Positions 44,639 through 54,505 are shown, counted from the stretch's first letter. The stretch: 64,000 nt of DNA from Betaproteobacteria bacterium (GCA_031389685.1 JANMSV010000211.1:2263-66262), one strand, 5' to 3'. The notes: a model not told the origin generated them from the sequence alone. Made by a program: numbers and translations.

Positions 44639-45882
44639 TCCGGCATGCTTTCGCCGGCGAACAGGTCCGGCACGCTCTCGCGCCGTCGCACCAGGTGTGC
44701 CCGGTCGCCTGCGACCATGACCTCGGCCGCTCGCGGCCGCGAGTTGTAGTTCGAGCTCATGCTCATGCCATAGGCGCCCGCCGACATCACCGCCAGCAGG
44801 TCGCCCGCGCGCGCCGCCAGCGGGCGATCCTTGGCGAGAAAATCGGCGCTTTCGCAGACCGGGCCCACGATATCGTAAACAGCCGTCGCCGCTCCCGATT
44901 CCACTTCGCGCACCGGACGTACCTCGTGCCATGCACTGTACAGCGCCGGGCGCAGCAGGTCGTTCATCGCCGCGTCGACGACCAGGAAGCTGTTCGCGTC
45001 CCCGGGCTTCACGTACTCGATTCGCGTCAGCAGAACGCCGGCGTTGCCGACGATCGACCGGCCCGGGTCGACGATCAGGGATTCTTTGCGCCCGGCCAGA
45101 ACACCGAGCGCACCGTCAAGAAACTCGCCGATCGCCGCCGGGGACTCGTCGCGGTAGCGGATGCCGAATCCGCCGCCGAGATCGATGTGCGCGAGGCGGA
45201 TGCCGCCATGCTCCAGCCGCTGCGTGAGCGCCAGGATGCGCGCCGCGGCATCGATGAACGGACCCGCCGCGGCCATCAACGAGCCGATGTGGCAGCCGAT
45301 GCCGACCACTTCCACTTGCGCGATGCGCGCGGCATCCCGGTATAGCCTTTCAGCTTCCGCATACGGCACGCCGAACTTGTTCTGCTTGAGGCCGGTGGAA
45401 ATGTAGGGATGCGTATTCGCGTCGACATCGGGATTGACGCGAAACGCGATCGGCGCGCGCTTGCCCAGCCGCGCCGCCACTGTCGCTACGCGCTGCAACT
45501 CCCCCTCGGATTCCACGTTCAGGCACCGGATGCCCGCCTGCAAGGCGCGCGCAATCTCGTCTTCCGTCTTACCGACCCCGGAGAACAGGATTTTCCGCGG
45601 ATCGCCGCCCGCGGCAAGCACGCGCGCGAGTTCGCCTCCCGACACGATGTCGAAGCCTGCGCCGAGCCGCGCCAGCAGTGCCAGCACGCCAAGGTTCGAA
45701 TTCGCCTTGACCGAATACGCGATCAGCGCGCTGCGTCCGGCGAGCGCGCGGGCGAACGCGCCGTAATGGCGCTCGATCGCCGATCGCGAGTAGACGTAGC
45801 ACGGCGTGCCGAAGCGACGCGCGAGATCCTCGAACGGCACCTGTTCGGCGCACAAGGCGCCGTTGCGGTACGCGAAATCCAT
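44632..45882 (-). CDS. lysA: diaminopimelate decarboxylase
   Basis: 416 aa. PLP-lysine context AYSVKANSN, GIGCHIGS, and CESADFL near the C-terminus. Confidence 0.95.
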   Translation of the reverse strand: MDFAYRNGALCAEQVPFEDLARRFGTPCYVYSRSAIERHYGAFARALAGRSALIAYSVKANSNLGVLALLARLGAGFDIVSGGELARVLAAGGDPRKILFSGVGKTEDEIARALQAGIRCLNVESEGELQRVATVAARLGKRAPIAFRVNPDVDANTHPYISTGLKQNKFGVPYAEAERLYRDAARIAQVEVVGIGCHIGSLMAAAGPFIDAAARILALTQRLEHGGIRLAHIDLGGGFGIRYRDESPAAIGEFLDGALGVLAGRKESLIVDPGRSIVGNAGVLLTRIEYVKPGDANSFLVVDAAMNDLLRPALYSAWHEVRPVREVESGAATAVYDIVGPVCESADFLAKDRPLAARAGDLLAVMSAGAYGMSMSSNYNSRPRAAEVMVAGDRAHLVRRRESVPDLFAGESMPEW

Positions 45883-45890
45883 ACGGCGAG

Positions 45891-46064
45891 TTACTTTTTC
45901 TCGGCGTCGCCGTCGGCGTCCGCCGGGTAAGGGACGGGCTGCAAGGCCGGGGGTTTGGGCGGCTTCACTCCGGCGGGAGGTTTGTCACGAAGAAAAAGCG
46001 GGCCCCTCTGCCCGCAGCCCGCGGCCAGCAGCGCCGCGGCGACGATGAGGACGATGATGCGCAT
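45891..46064 (-). CDS. lptM: small lipoprotein LptM/YifL family (57 codons, below the ORF-track cutoff)
   Basis: My translation: MRIIVLIVAAALLAAGCGQRGPLFLRDKPPAGVKPPKPPALQPVPYPADADGDAEKK*. Lipobox LAAGC followed by GPL, Pro-rich tail. Lies 8 nt upstream of lysA and divergent from cyaY, the usual position of this gene. Confidence 0.7.
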   Translation of the reverse strand: MRIIVLIVAAALLAAGCGQRGPLFLRDKPPAGVKPPKPPALQPVPYPADADGDAEKK

Positions 46065-46106
46065 CCGGAGGCAGCTAAAATGGCCATGTTAGCAGGGAAC
46101 GATTCC

Positions 46107-46433
46107 ATGACGGACGCCGAATTTGAGTCGCTTGCCGACCGCACGCTGGCGGCGCTGGAGCGCGCGCTCGACGCCGCAGCGCTGGACGCCGACGTCCTGG
46201 CCAAGGGTGTCGGCCTGCTGGAGCTGGAGTTCGCCGACGGCTCGAAGATGGTGATCAACCGGCACACGGCCGCGCGCGAAATCTGGGTGGCGGCAAAATC
46301 GGGGGGATTCCACTTCCGCCACGCGGATGACGGGTGGCGCGATACGCGTGACGGCGGCGAGCTGTTCGCGGCACTGTCGCGGCTGGTTTCCGCGCAGGGC
46401 GGCGCGCCGGTGAAGCTCGCGCCCGGCGGCTAG
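46107..46433 (+). CDS. cyaY: iron donor protein CyaY (frataxin homologue)
   Basis: MTDAEFESLADRTL aligns with the E. coli CyaY start MNDSEFHRLADQLW. 108 aa. TAAAAT -10-like at 46076-46081 and AGGGA before ATG 46107. An in-frame ATG at 46080 is an alternative. Confidence 0.9.
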   Translation: MTDAEFESLADRTLAALERALDAAALDADVLAKGVGLLELEFADGSKMVINRHTAAREIWVAAKSGGFHFRHADDGWRDTRDGGELFAALSRLVSAQGGAPVKLAPGG

Positions 46434-48778
46434 TCCGAGACCGGGGCTGGCGACAGCGCGGATGCCGGCACTGACGGGTCCAGGGGCGGCGGCACGAAAG
46501 TGGGCAGCAGCTTGAACGGAGGCACGTCGTCTTTGGGCACGAACTCGCGGTAGAAGTACTCGGGGATATTCTTGGACTCCCCGAAGCCCGCGGGGTTGAG
46601 GTCGAAGGTTTCGGCCGTGACCACGCCGTCCGGGACGATGCGCTGCATCTCGGGTACCGCCTGCTGCGCCTTCTCCATGTAGCCGACCCAGATCGGCAAC
46701 GCCACCAATCCGCCGGTCTGGTTGCGGCCGAGAGTGCGCGGCTGGTCGTAACCCACCCACGCCACGCCGACCAGCGACGGCAGGTAACCTGCAAACCAGG
46801 CATCGATGAACTCGTTGGTGGTACCGGTCTTGCCGGCGACGTCCTTGCGGCCGAGGCTCGCGGTGCGCGCGGCGGTTCCGACGCGGGCGACGTCCTGCAT
46901 CAAACTGTCCATGATGAAGGCGTTGCGGGAGTCGATTACGCGCAACGATTCATCGCCGGCGCGCTGTGGCCGCGCGACGCCCAGGGAATTGCCTCGATCG
47001 TCCACGATTTTTTGAATGAAGTAGGGCTGCACCAGGTAGCCGCCATTGGCGAACACGGCATAGGCGCGCGCCATTTGCCACGGGGTCACCGTACCGGAAC
47101 CGAGCGCCATCGTCAGGTAGGGAGGGTGCCGCTCCGCTTCAAAACCGAAGCGCGTGATGTAGTCCTGCGCATACTTCGCGCCGATCGCATCCAGGATCCG
47201 GATCGAGACCATGTTCTTGGACTTCACCAGCGCAGTGCGCAGGCGCATCGGCCCTTCGAATTTGCCGTCGAAGTTCTTCGGCTCCCAGCGCTGGCTGCCG
47301 GTGACGTCCGCCTCGATGGCGATCGGGTCGTCGGGGATCACGGTGGCGGCAGTGAAGCCGCGCTCCAGCGCCGCCGAGTAGATGAACGGCTTGAAGGCGG
47401 ATCCGGCCTGGCGCCACGCCTGGGTGACGTGATTGAACTTGTTGCGATTGAAGTCGAACCCGCCGACCAGCGCGCGCACTGTGCCGTCTCCCGGGTCGAG
47501 CGCGATGAACGCGCCTTCCGTCTCGGGCAACTGCACGATCTGCCAGCGGCTGCGCTCGACGCGTTGCACGCGCACCACGGCGCCGCGACGGATGCGCCGC
47601 TGCGGCGCGACGCGCTGCAGCGAGGCTGCCGCGAAGCGCAGGCCGTCCCCCGTGATGGTGACGTTGTCGCCGTTCTTCAACGCCAATTTCACTTCGCGTG
47701 TGCTGGCCGACAGCACCAGAGCGACGCGCAGCTCGTCGTCGTCATCGCGTTCTGCGAGCGCCTCGTCGAAATCGTCTTCGTTGGCATCCGCGGCAAGCTC
47801 GACGAAGCCCTCGGGCCCGCGGTAGCCGAGGCGCCGGTCGTACTCGAGCAGGCCGTTGCGCAATGCCCGGACGGCCGCTTCCTGGTCTGCTTGCCGGATC
47901 GTGGTGTAGACGCGGAACCCGCGGCTGTAGGCGTCCTCGGGATACTGCTCGAAGATTGCCTGGCGCACCATTTCGGCGACGTACTCCGCGCGCACGGCGT
48001 AGGTTTCCGCGACCTTGTGCGTGACGATTGGGGTTTTCAGGGCCTGGTCGAACTCTTCGTCGCCGATGTAACCCAGCTCCTTCATGCGACGCAGCACGTA
48101 CTGCTGCCGCTGCTTTGCGCGCTGGGGATTGGCAACCGGGTTGTAGCTGGAGGGCGCCTTGGGCAGCGCCGCCAGCATTGCCGCCTCGGCCAGATTGAGC
48201 TGGTCGAGCGGCTTGCCGAAGTAAATCTGCGCCGCGGAGGCGAAACCGTAGGCCCGCTGCCCGAGGTAGATCTGGTTGATGTACAAGCCGAGGATCTGGT
48301 CCTTGCCGAGGCTGTGTTCGATCTTCAGGGCGAGCAGCACTTCATACAGCTTGCGCGTGAGCGTTTTCTCGGAAGACAGAAAGAAGTTCCGCGCCACCTG
48401 CATGGTGATGGTGCTGGCCCCCTGCCGGCGCCCGCCGGTCACCAGGTTTGCGTAGGCAGCGCGCGCCACCCCCGTGTAATCGATGCCGGAGTGCTGGTAG
48501 AAACGCTCGTCCTCCGTGGCGACAATGGCGTTGATCAGCGCCGGCGGGACCTGCTGGATGTCCACCAGCACGCGGCGCTCCTCGCCGAACTCCCCGATCA
48601 GGACACCCTCCGCCGTGTACACGCGTAGCGGCACTTTCGGGTGGTAGTCGGTCAGCGTGTCCAGGGACGGCAGATTCGGATAGGCGAGGGCAATCACCAA
48701 CCCAAGCAGGCACAGCGCAGCCGCTATCAGGCCCCCGATCAGGGCCAGCGGAAACGTCAAAAAACGAAGCCACATCAA
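46430..48778 (-). CDS. mrcA: penicillin-binding protein 1A (bifunctional transglycosylase/transpeptidase)
   Basis: N-terminal TM, glycosyltransferase motifs (EDERFYQHSGID, RKLYEVLLALKIE), and transpeptidase motifs SAFKPF, SKN and KTGTT. Confidence 0.95.
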   Translation of the reverse strand: MMWLRFLTFPLALIGGLIAAALCLLGLVIALAYPNLPSLDTLTDYHPKVPLRVYTAEGVLIGEFGEERRVLVDIQQVPPALINAIVATEDERFYQHSGIDYTGVARAAYANLVTGGRRQGASTITMQVARNFFLSSEKTLTRKLYEVLLALKIEHSLGKDQILGLYINQIYLGQRAYGFASAAQIYFGKPLDQLNLAEAAMLAALPKAPSSYNPVANPQRAKQRQQYVLRRMKELGYIGDEEFDQALKTPIVTHKVAETYAVRAEYVAEMVRQAIFEQYPEDAYSRGFRVYTTIRQADQEAAVRALRNGLLEYDRRLGYRGPEGFVELAADANEDDFDEALAERDDDDELRVALVLSASTREVKLALKNGDNVTITGDGLRFAAASLQRVAPQRRIRRGAVVRVQRVERSRWQIVQLPETEGAFIALDPGDGTVRALVGGFDFNRNKFNHVTQAWRQAGSAFKPFIYSAALERGFTAATVIPDDPIAIEADVTGSQRWEPKNFDGKFEGPMRLRTALVKSKNMVSIRILDAIGAKYAQDYITRFGFEAERHPPYLTMALGSGTVTPWQMARAYAVFANGGYLVQPYFIQKIVDDRGNSLGVARPQRAGDESLRVIDSRNAFIMDSLMQDVARVGTAARTASLGRKDVAGKTGTTNEFIDAWFAGYLPSLVGVAWVGYDQPRTLGRNQTGGLVALPIWVGYMEKAQQAVPEMQRIVPDGVVTAETFDLNPAGFGESKNIPEYFYREFVPKDDVPPFKLLPTFVPPPLDPSVPASALSPAPVSD

Positions 48779-48957
48779 GGGTTTTAGACAGCCGGAGCGA
48801 CGTTAGTGCCGCCGCAGATGGACCGGGCGGGAAATCGGGGGCATTATAGCCCGCCGCCAGGTGACGGATTCGCTAGACACAGGGAGGAGTTGTTGCTAGC
48901 ATTTAACGCAAATTCTACGTATCGTGCCTAAGGGCCGATACAAAAAGGGAAATAACG

Positions 48958-50031
48958 ATGCAACTGGATATATTTAGCCCGAAGGCACCGCCGTTGTTCG
49001 GGCTGGACATCAGCTCATCGTCGGTGAAGATGCTCGAGATCGTCGAGGCCGGCAGGGGCGCCTATCGTGTAGAGCGGTACGTGATCGAGCCACTGCCGCG
49101 CGATGCGACGGTGGACGGCAACATCAGCAACCTGGAAATGGTGGTGGAGGCGGTCAAGCGCGGCTACAAGCGCCTGGGCACGCGCTCCAAGCACGTCGCA
49201 ATGGCGGTTCCCACCGGGGCCGTGATCACCAAGAAGATCATCGTGCCGGCCAGCCTGCGAGAGCACGAGCTCGAAGTCCAGGTCGAGTCCGAAGCCAATC
49301 AGTACATCCCCTTCGCCCTCGAGGAAGTGAATCTCGACTTCCAGGTCGTCGGACCCTCGCCCACCTCGGCGGACGAGCAGGAAGTGATGATCGCCGCGAC
49401 GCGCAAGGAAAAGGTCGAGGACCGGGTGGCGGTGGCGGAATCCGCGGGTCTCAAGGCGGCGGTGATGGACATCGAATCTTTCGCCCAGCAGGCGGCGCTC
49501 GGCCTGGTGATCAAGCAACTGCCCAATGCGGGCAAGGACATGAACGTCGCGATCGTCGACGTCGGCGCCAACGTCATGAACGTCAGCGTGATGCGCAACG
49601 ACCAGTCGATCTACACGCGCGAGCAGGCGTTCGGCGGCAACCAGCTCACCCAGGACATCGTCGCGCGCTACGGGATGAGCATCGAAGAGGCCGAAAACGC
49701 CAAGCGTACCGGGGGCCTGCCGGACGATTTCGAGGCCGAAGTGCTGCGCCCATTCATGGAAAACCTGTCGATGGAAGTGCAGCGCGCGCTGCAGTTTTTC
49801 TTCACCTCGACCCAGTACCACAGCGTTGAGCAGATCCAGCTCGCCGGCGGCTCGGCGGTGATCCCGGGGATGGACGAAGTGGTGCACACGCGCACCCAGG
49901 TGCCGGCGATGGTGGCCAATCCGTTTGCCGCGATGCAGGCGTCGCCGCGCGTGGCGCTCAAGAAACTCATGGTGGACGCACCGTCGTTGATCGTGGCCTG
50001 CGGCCTGGCCATGCGGAGATTCGACCCATGA
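48958..50031 (+). CDS. pilM: type IV pilus assembly protein PilM
   Basis: Actin-like ATPase fold protein with GLDISSSSVKMLE N-terminus. First gene of the pilMNOPQ order, divergent from mrcA. Confidence 0.93.
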   Translation: MQLDIFSPKAPPLFGLDISSSSVKMLEIVEAGRGAYRVERYVIEPLPRDATVDGNISNLEMVVEAVKRGYKRLGTRSKHVAMAVPTGAVITKKIIVPASLREHELEVQVESEANQYIPFALEEVNLDFQVVGPSPTSADEQEVMIAATRKEKVEDRVAVAESAGLKAAVMDIESFAQQAALGLVIKQLPNAGKDMNVAIVDVGANVMNVSVMRNDQSIYTREQAFGGNQLTQDIVARYGMSIEEAENAKRTGGLPDDFEAEVLRPFMENLSMEVQRALQFFFTSTQYHSVEQIQLAGGSAVIPGMDEVVHTRTQVPAMVANPFAAMQASPRVALKKLMVDAPSLIVACGLAMRRFDP

Positions 50032-50624
50032 GCGTGCGCATCAACCTGCTGCCGCACCGCGAGGAGCGGCGCAAGCGCGGCCGCCAGCATTTCGCGGTGC
50101 TCGGCGGGCTGACCGCGGTGCTTGGTTTAGTGATCGTCGGCGCGGGCTTCCTGTACATCAGCGGCCTGATCGCGACGCAGGACGAACGCAACGACTTCCT
50201 CAAGACCGAGATCGCCAAGCTGGACAAGGAGATCGCCGAGATCAAGAAGCTGAAGGACGAAATCGCCGCGCTGCTGGCGCGCAAGCAGATCATCGAGACG
50301 CTGCAGGCCGATCGTGCGCAGACCGTGCACCTGCTTGACCAGATGGTGCGGCAGATGCCGGAGGGCGTCTACCTGCGCACGCTGACGCAACGCGGGCTTG
50401 GCGTCAGCGTGCAGGGTTATGCCCAATCCAATGCGCGCGTGTCCACGCTGATGCGCAATATCGAATCCTCGCCCTGGCTCGCCAGCCCCAAGCTGATCGA
50501 GATCAAGGCGAGCACGGTGAATAAAAAGCGTCTGTCCGAATTCAATATGACCCTGCAGCTCAAGCGCACCCAGCTCGCGGACGCCCCCAAGGACGCCGCC
50601 AAGGCGCCGGCGAAGAAGAGGTAA
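50028..50624 (+). CDS. pilN: type IV pilus assembly protein PilN
   Basis: INLLPHREERRKR N-terminus, single TM, coiled coil. ATGA overlap with pilM. Confidence 0.9.
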   Translation: MSVRINLLPHREERRKRGRQHFAVLGGLTAVLGLVIVGAGFLYISGLIATQDERNDFLKTEIAKLDKEIAEIKKLKDEIAALLARKQIIETLQADRAQTVHLLDQMVRQMPEGVYLRTLTQRGLGVSVQGYAQSNARVSTLMRNIESSPWLASPKLIEIKASTVNKKRLSEFNMTLQLKRTQLADAPKDAAKAPAKKR

Positions 50625-50628
50625 GCCG

Positions 50629-51282
50629 ATGGCGATCGACTTCAAGCGAATCGCGCAAGACTTCAAGGCGACCAACTGGCGGGACCCGGGTACCTGGACC
50701 GCGATCCCCAAGGCGGCCGTGCTGATCTCCGTCTTGGTCGCCTTGCCGGTGGCCGGCTATTTCGGCCTTTGGAAGGGCCAGCTCGAGGACCTGGAAAACG
50801 GCAAGGTTGCCGAGGTGCGTTTCAAGGACGACTACCTCAACAAGAAGAAGCAGGCGGTGAACCTCGACCTGCACAAGCAGCAGCTGCGCGAGATCGATAC
50901 CCAGTTCGGCGCCCTGCTCAAGCAGTTGCCGAACAAGTCGCAGATGGATGCGTTGCTGGTGGATATCAACCAGGCCGGCCTGGGCCGCGGACTGCAGTTC
51001 GAGTTGTTCAAGCCGGCCGGCCAGGAAACCGTGGGTGAGTTCTACGCCGAATTGCCGATCAGCGTGCGGGTGGTGGGCGTGTACCACGACATGGGCGCGT
51101 TCGCGAGCGACGTCGGTCAGCTATCGCGCATCGTCACGCTGAACGACGTCGGCATCAATGCCGGCAAGGATGGCAGTCTGGTGATGGACGTGACGGCGCG
51201 CACCTTCCGCTACCTGGACGAGGAAGAAGTGGCGGCGCAGCGCAAGGCGGCCGCGGGAGCACGCAAGGGAGCCAAAAAGTGA
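50629..51282 (+). CDS. pilO: type IV pilus assembly protein PilO
   Basis: Single TM followed by coiled coil and PilO-type C-terminal domain. Position between pilN and pilP. Confidence 0.88.
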   Translation: MAIDFKRIAQDFKATNWRDPGTWTAIPKAAVLISVLVALPVAGYFGLWKGQLEDLENGKVAEVRFKDDYLNKKKQAVNLDLHKQQLREIDTQFGALLKQLPNKSQMDALLVDINQAGLGRGLQFELFKPAGQETVGEFYAELPISVRVVGVYHDMGAFASDVGQLSRIVTLNDVGINAGKDGSLVMDVTARTFRYLDEEEVAAQRKAAAGARKGAKK

Positions 51283-51809
51283 TGAAACGCGTCCTGGTCC
51301 TCGCTTGCGCCGCGGTCCTCGCCGCCTGCGGCGGCGAGCAGCACAGCGACTTGAAAAAGGAGCTGAACGACATGACCAAGGACCTGCGCGGGCGGGTGGA
51401 TCCGCTGCCGCAGGTGCGTCCTTACGAGCCGGTGCCCTATCAGGCGGAGAGCGAAGTCGACCCCTTTCGTCCCGGGCGCATCGAAGTGGCGACGGCCGGC
51501 GTCGGCGGGGCGCAGGCGGCAAGCGGCAAGCAGCCGGACCACGACCGCCCGAAAGAGCCCCTCGAGGCCTTCCCGCTGGAGTCCATCCAGATGGTGGGAT
51601 CGCTGACCCAGGGCCGGGAGACCTACGGCCTGGTCAAGGCCGGACCAAACCTGTACCGCGTGCGCAAGGGAAATTACATGGGGCAGAACTTCGGCGTCAT
51701 CACCGGCATCGATGAGGTGCAGATCAGCATGAAAGAGCTGATCCAGGAAGGCAGCGGGGAGTGGGTGGAACGCGCCAGCTCGCTGCAACTGCAGGAGGTA
51801 AAGAAATGA
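51279..51809 (+). CDS. pilP: type IV pilus assembly lipoprotein PilP
   Basis: Lipobox LAACGG. Start GTG 51279 or ATG 51282, overlapping the pilO stop. Position before pilQ. Confidence 0.85.
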   Translation: MMKRVLVLACAAVLAACGGEQHSDLKKELNDMTKDLRGRVDPLPQVRPYEPVPYQAESEVDPFRPGRIEVATAGVGGAQAASGKQPDHDRPKEPLEAFPLESIQMVGSLTQGRETYGLVKAGPNLYRVRKGNYMGQNFGVITGIDEVQISMKELIQEGSGEWVERASSLQLQEVKK

Positions 51810-53890
51810 ACACCACCAACATCGTGCGGGCGGCTTTGCGGGCGCTCGGTTTCTGGCTGACGTGCACCGGTCTCGCGCTCGCCCAAACTAACAGCATCGA
51901 GACCTTCGAAGTCTCGCAGCAGGGCGGCAAAATCGTGGTTCGCGTCACCACCAAGGAGCCGCTGAAAACCGCTCCGCCCAGCTTCACCGTCGCCAATCCG
52001 GCGCGCATCGCGTTCGATTTTGCAGGCACCGTGAATGCGCTTGGCCGCAACAGCCAGGATATCGCGCAGGGCGAGTTGCGCTCCATGAATCTGGTGCAGG
52101 CCGCGGACAAGTCGCGGCTGGTACTCAATCTGCGCCGGCCAGTGGCGCACGAGGTGGCGCTCGACGGGCGCAGCGTAGTGGTCACTTTGTCGGCGGCGGC
52201 GGCGCCTGCGGGCGACAAGGTCGCCAACTTCGCCGAAGGCCGCGGCGACTCGAAGCACGCGATCCGCGACATCGACTTCCGGCGCGGCCGTACGGGCGAA
52301 GGCCGGGTGGTGGTGGATCTCTCGGACAGCACCACGGGCATCGACATCCGCCAGCAGGGGCAGAACATCATCGTCGATTTCCTCAAGACGGCACTGCCGG
52401 ACAACCTGCGCCGGCGTCTGGACGTGGTGGATTTCGCTACCCCGGTGCAGACCGTCAGCGCCTTCCAGCAGGGCGAAAACGTGCGCATGGTGATCGAGCC
52501 TCGCGGCCAGTGGGACCACAACGCCTACCAGACCGACACCCAGTTCGTGGTGGAAGTGAAGCCGATCACCGACACCACACCCAAGAAGGGACAGTACGTG
52601 GGCGAGAAGCTGTCGCTCAATTTCCAGAACGTCGAAGTGCGCGCGATTCTCAACGTGATTGCCGATTTCACCGACCTCAACGTCATCACCAGCGACTCGG
52701 TGGCGGGCAACATCACGCTGCGGCTGAAAGACGTTCCCTGGGACCAGGCGCTGGAGATCATCCTGCAGACGCGCGGCCTGGACAGCCGCCGCAATGGCAA
52801 CGTGATCTGGATCGCACCCCGCGACGAGCTGGCGACGCGGGAGAAGCTGGCGCTCGAGTCGGCGGCGCAGATCAACGACCTGGAGCAGACGCGCACCGAA
52901 GCCTTCGCCATGAGCTACCAGAAGGCGGCCGACGTGGCGAAGCTGCTGTCGGACAAAACGCAGCCGATCCTGTCCAAGCGCGGCAGCGCGGTGGTGGACG
53001 CGCGCACCAATACCCTGTTCGTACAGGACACGCCGACGCGGCTCGAGGAGGTAAGGAAGCTGCTGGCCAAGATCGACGTGCCGGTGCGCCAGGTGATGAT
53101 CGAGGCGCGCATCGTCGAGGCGAGCGACACCTTCAGCAAGAACCTCGGCGTGCGCTTGGGGTATATCGAAGACGGGATATCCGGGCGCCGGATGGGCGCC
53201 GGCATTCGCGGCCCGAACATCGGCGCCGAACTGGTCAATACCGGCCAGGCGCAGGGCCAGGTGACGGGCACGTCGGTGATCAACGGCCCGGGCCTGAACT
53301 CGAATTTCCCGGCGGCGGGCCTGAACTCGTTCAATGCGGGGCAGGTCTCCTTCATCCTGTTCAACAGTTCGCTCACGCGTTGGCTGAACCTCGAACTGTC
53401 GGCGCTGGAAGCCGACGGCAAGGGCAAGATCATTTCCAGCCCGCGCGTGCTGACCGCGGACCAGGTCGAAGCGGTGATCGAGCAGGGCACCGAGATTCCC
53501 TACCAGCAGGCGACGTCCTCGGGCGCGACCAGCGTGTCCTTCCGCAAGGCGAGTCTCGCGCTCAAGGTCAAGCCGCAAATCACGCCCGACGGGAATATCA
53601 TCATGACCCTCGACGTGAACAAGGATGCGCCTGGCGCCACCACGCCGGCCGGCGTGCAGATCAGCACCAAGCACGTCAAGACCGAGGTGCTGGTGGAGAA
53701 CGGCGGCACGGTGGTGATCGGCGGCATCTACGAACAGACCGAGCGCACGGACATCACCAAGGTGCCGTTCTTCGGCGACCTGCCGTTTGTCGGGCGGCTG
53801 TTCCGCAACGATTCCACCTCGTCGCAGAAGACCGAGCTGCTGGTCTTCGTGACGCCGCGCATCGTCAACGAGCGCATGACCGTGCGCTAA
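51806..53890 (+). CDS. pilQ: type IV pilus secretin PilQ
   Basis: Signal peptide, two AMIN-like N-terminal repeats, and secretin C-domain (VLVENGGTVVIGGI, PFFGDLPFVGRLFR). ATGA overlap with pilP. Confidence 0.93.
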   Translation: MNTTNIVRAALRALGFWLTCTGLALAQTNSIETFEVSQQGGKIVVRVTTKEPLKTAPPSFTVANPARIAFDFAGTVNALGRNSQDIAQGELRSMNLVQAADKSRLVLNLRRPVAHEVALDGRSVVVTLSAAAAPAGDKVANFAEGRGDSKHAIRDIDFRRGRTGEGRVVVDLSDSTTGIDIRQQGQNIIVDFLKTALPDNLRRRLDVVDFATPVQTVSAFQQGENVRMVIEPRGQWDHNAYQTDTQFVVEVKPITDTTPKKGQYVGEKLSLNFQNVEVRAILNVIADFTDLNVITSDSVAGNITLRLKDVPWDQALEIILQTRGLDSRRNGNVIWIAPRDELATREKLALESAAQINDLEQTRTEAFAMSYQKAADVAKLLSDKTQPILSKRGSAVVDARTNTLFVQDTPTRLEEVRKLLAKIDVPVRQVMIEARIVEASDTFSKNLGVRLGYIEDGISGRRMGAGIRGPNIGAELVNTGQAQGQVTGTSVINGPGLNSNFPAAGLNSFNAGQVSFILFNSSLTRWLNLELSALEADGKGKIISSPRVLTADQVEAVIEQGTEIPYQQATSSGATSVSFRKASLALKVKPQITPDGNIIMTLDVNKDAPGATTPAGVQISTKHVKTEVLVENGGTVVIGGIYEQTERTDITKVPFFGDLPFVGRLFRNDSTSSQKTELLVFVTPRIVNERMTVR

Positions 53891-53920
53891 AAAATTTGCC
53901 GGGTCTCCTTCTTGGGCATG

Positions 53921-53946
53921 CGGCCGGGACCTCCCGGCCGTTTTTC
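53921..53946 (+). terminator. Rho-independent terminator after pilQ
   Basis: CGGCCGGGA-cc-TCCCGGCCG GC-rich hairpin (53921-53940) followed by TTTTTC. Confidence 0.7.
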
Positions 53947-53971
53947 TGTCCGGCGTCCGTACAATAGGCCC

Positions 53972-54505
53972 ATGCGAGGCGCGCGCAACGTGTTCCTGAT
54001 CGGCATGATGGGGGCGGGGAAGACCACCGCGGGCCGCATCATCGCGCGCAGGGCAAAGCGCGATTTCCACGATTCCGACCAGGAGCTCGAGCGCCGCTGC
54101 GGCGTCAAGATTCCGGTGATCTTCGAGATCGAGGGGGAAGCGGGTTTCCGGGCGCGCGAGGCCGCGGCGATCGCAGAGCTCACGGCGCTGGAGGACATCG
54201 TGCTCGCCACCGGCGGCGGCGCGGTACTGGCGCAGGCCAACCGGCGCAACCTCGCGAGCCGCGGGACGGTAATCTACCTGCGCGCTCAGCCCCCGGCATT
54301 GTTCGAACGCGTGCGGCAGGACAAGAACCGGCCGCTGCTGGCGACCGCGAATCCGCTGGCGCGGCTGGAGGAGATCTACGCCGAGCGCGATCCGCTGTAC
54401 CGCGAGATCGCCGACATGGTTGTCGACACCGGCCGGCAAAGCGTGCAGAGCCTCGCACGCCAACTGCTCGCGCAACTCAGGGAAGAATGGAAACTCTCCG
54501 CGTAG
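53972..54505 (+). CDS. aroK: shikimate kinase
   Basis: [17 protein letters not shown] Walker A. Colinear with E. coli AroK from the ATG at 53972. The listed TTG 53912 start would run through the pilQ terminator. Confidence 0.93.
   Translation: MRGARNVFLIGMMGAGKTTAGRIIARRAKRDFHDSDQELERRCGVKIPVIFEIEGEAGFRAREAAAIAELTALEDIVLATGGGAVLAQANRRNLASRGTVIYLRAQPPALFERVRQDKNRPLLATANPLARLEEIYAERDPLYREIADMVVDTGRQSVQSLARQLLAQLREEWKLSA

Noticed and set aside
51674-54475. 933-codon ORF on the minus strand spanning pilP, pilQ and aroK.
   Set aside because: It is antisense to genes with strong family signatures and runs straight through the pilQ terminator hairpin. It translates to Arg/Ala/Gly/His-rich low-complexity sequence. 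This is the stop-poor shadow frame expected opposite GC3-rich genes.
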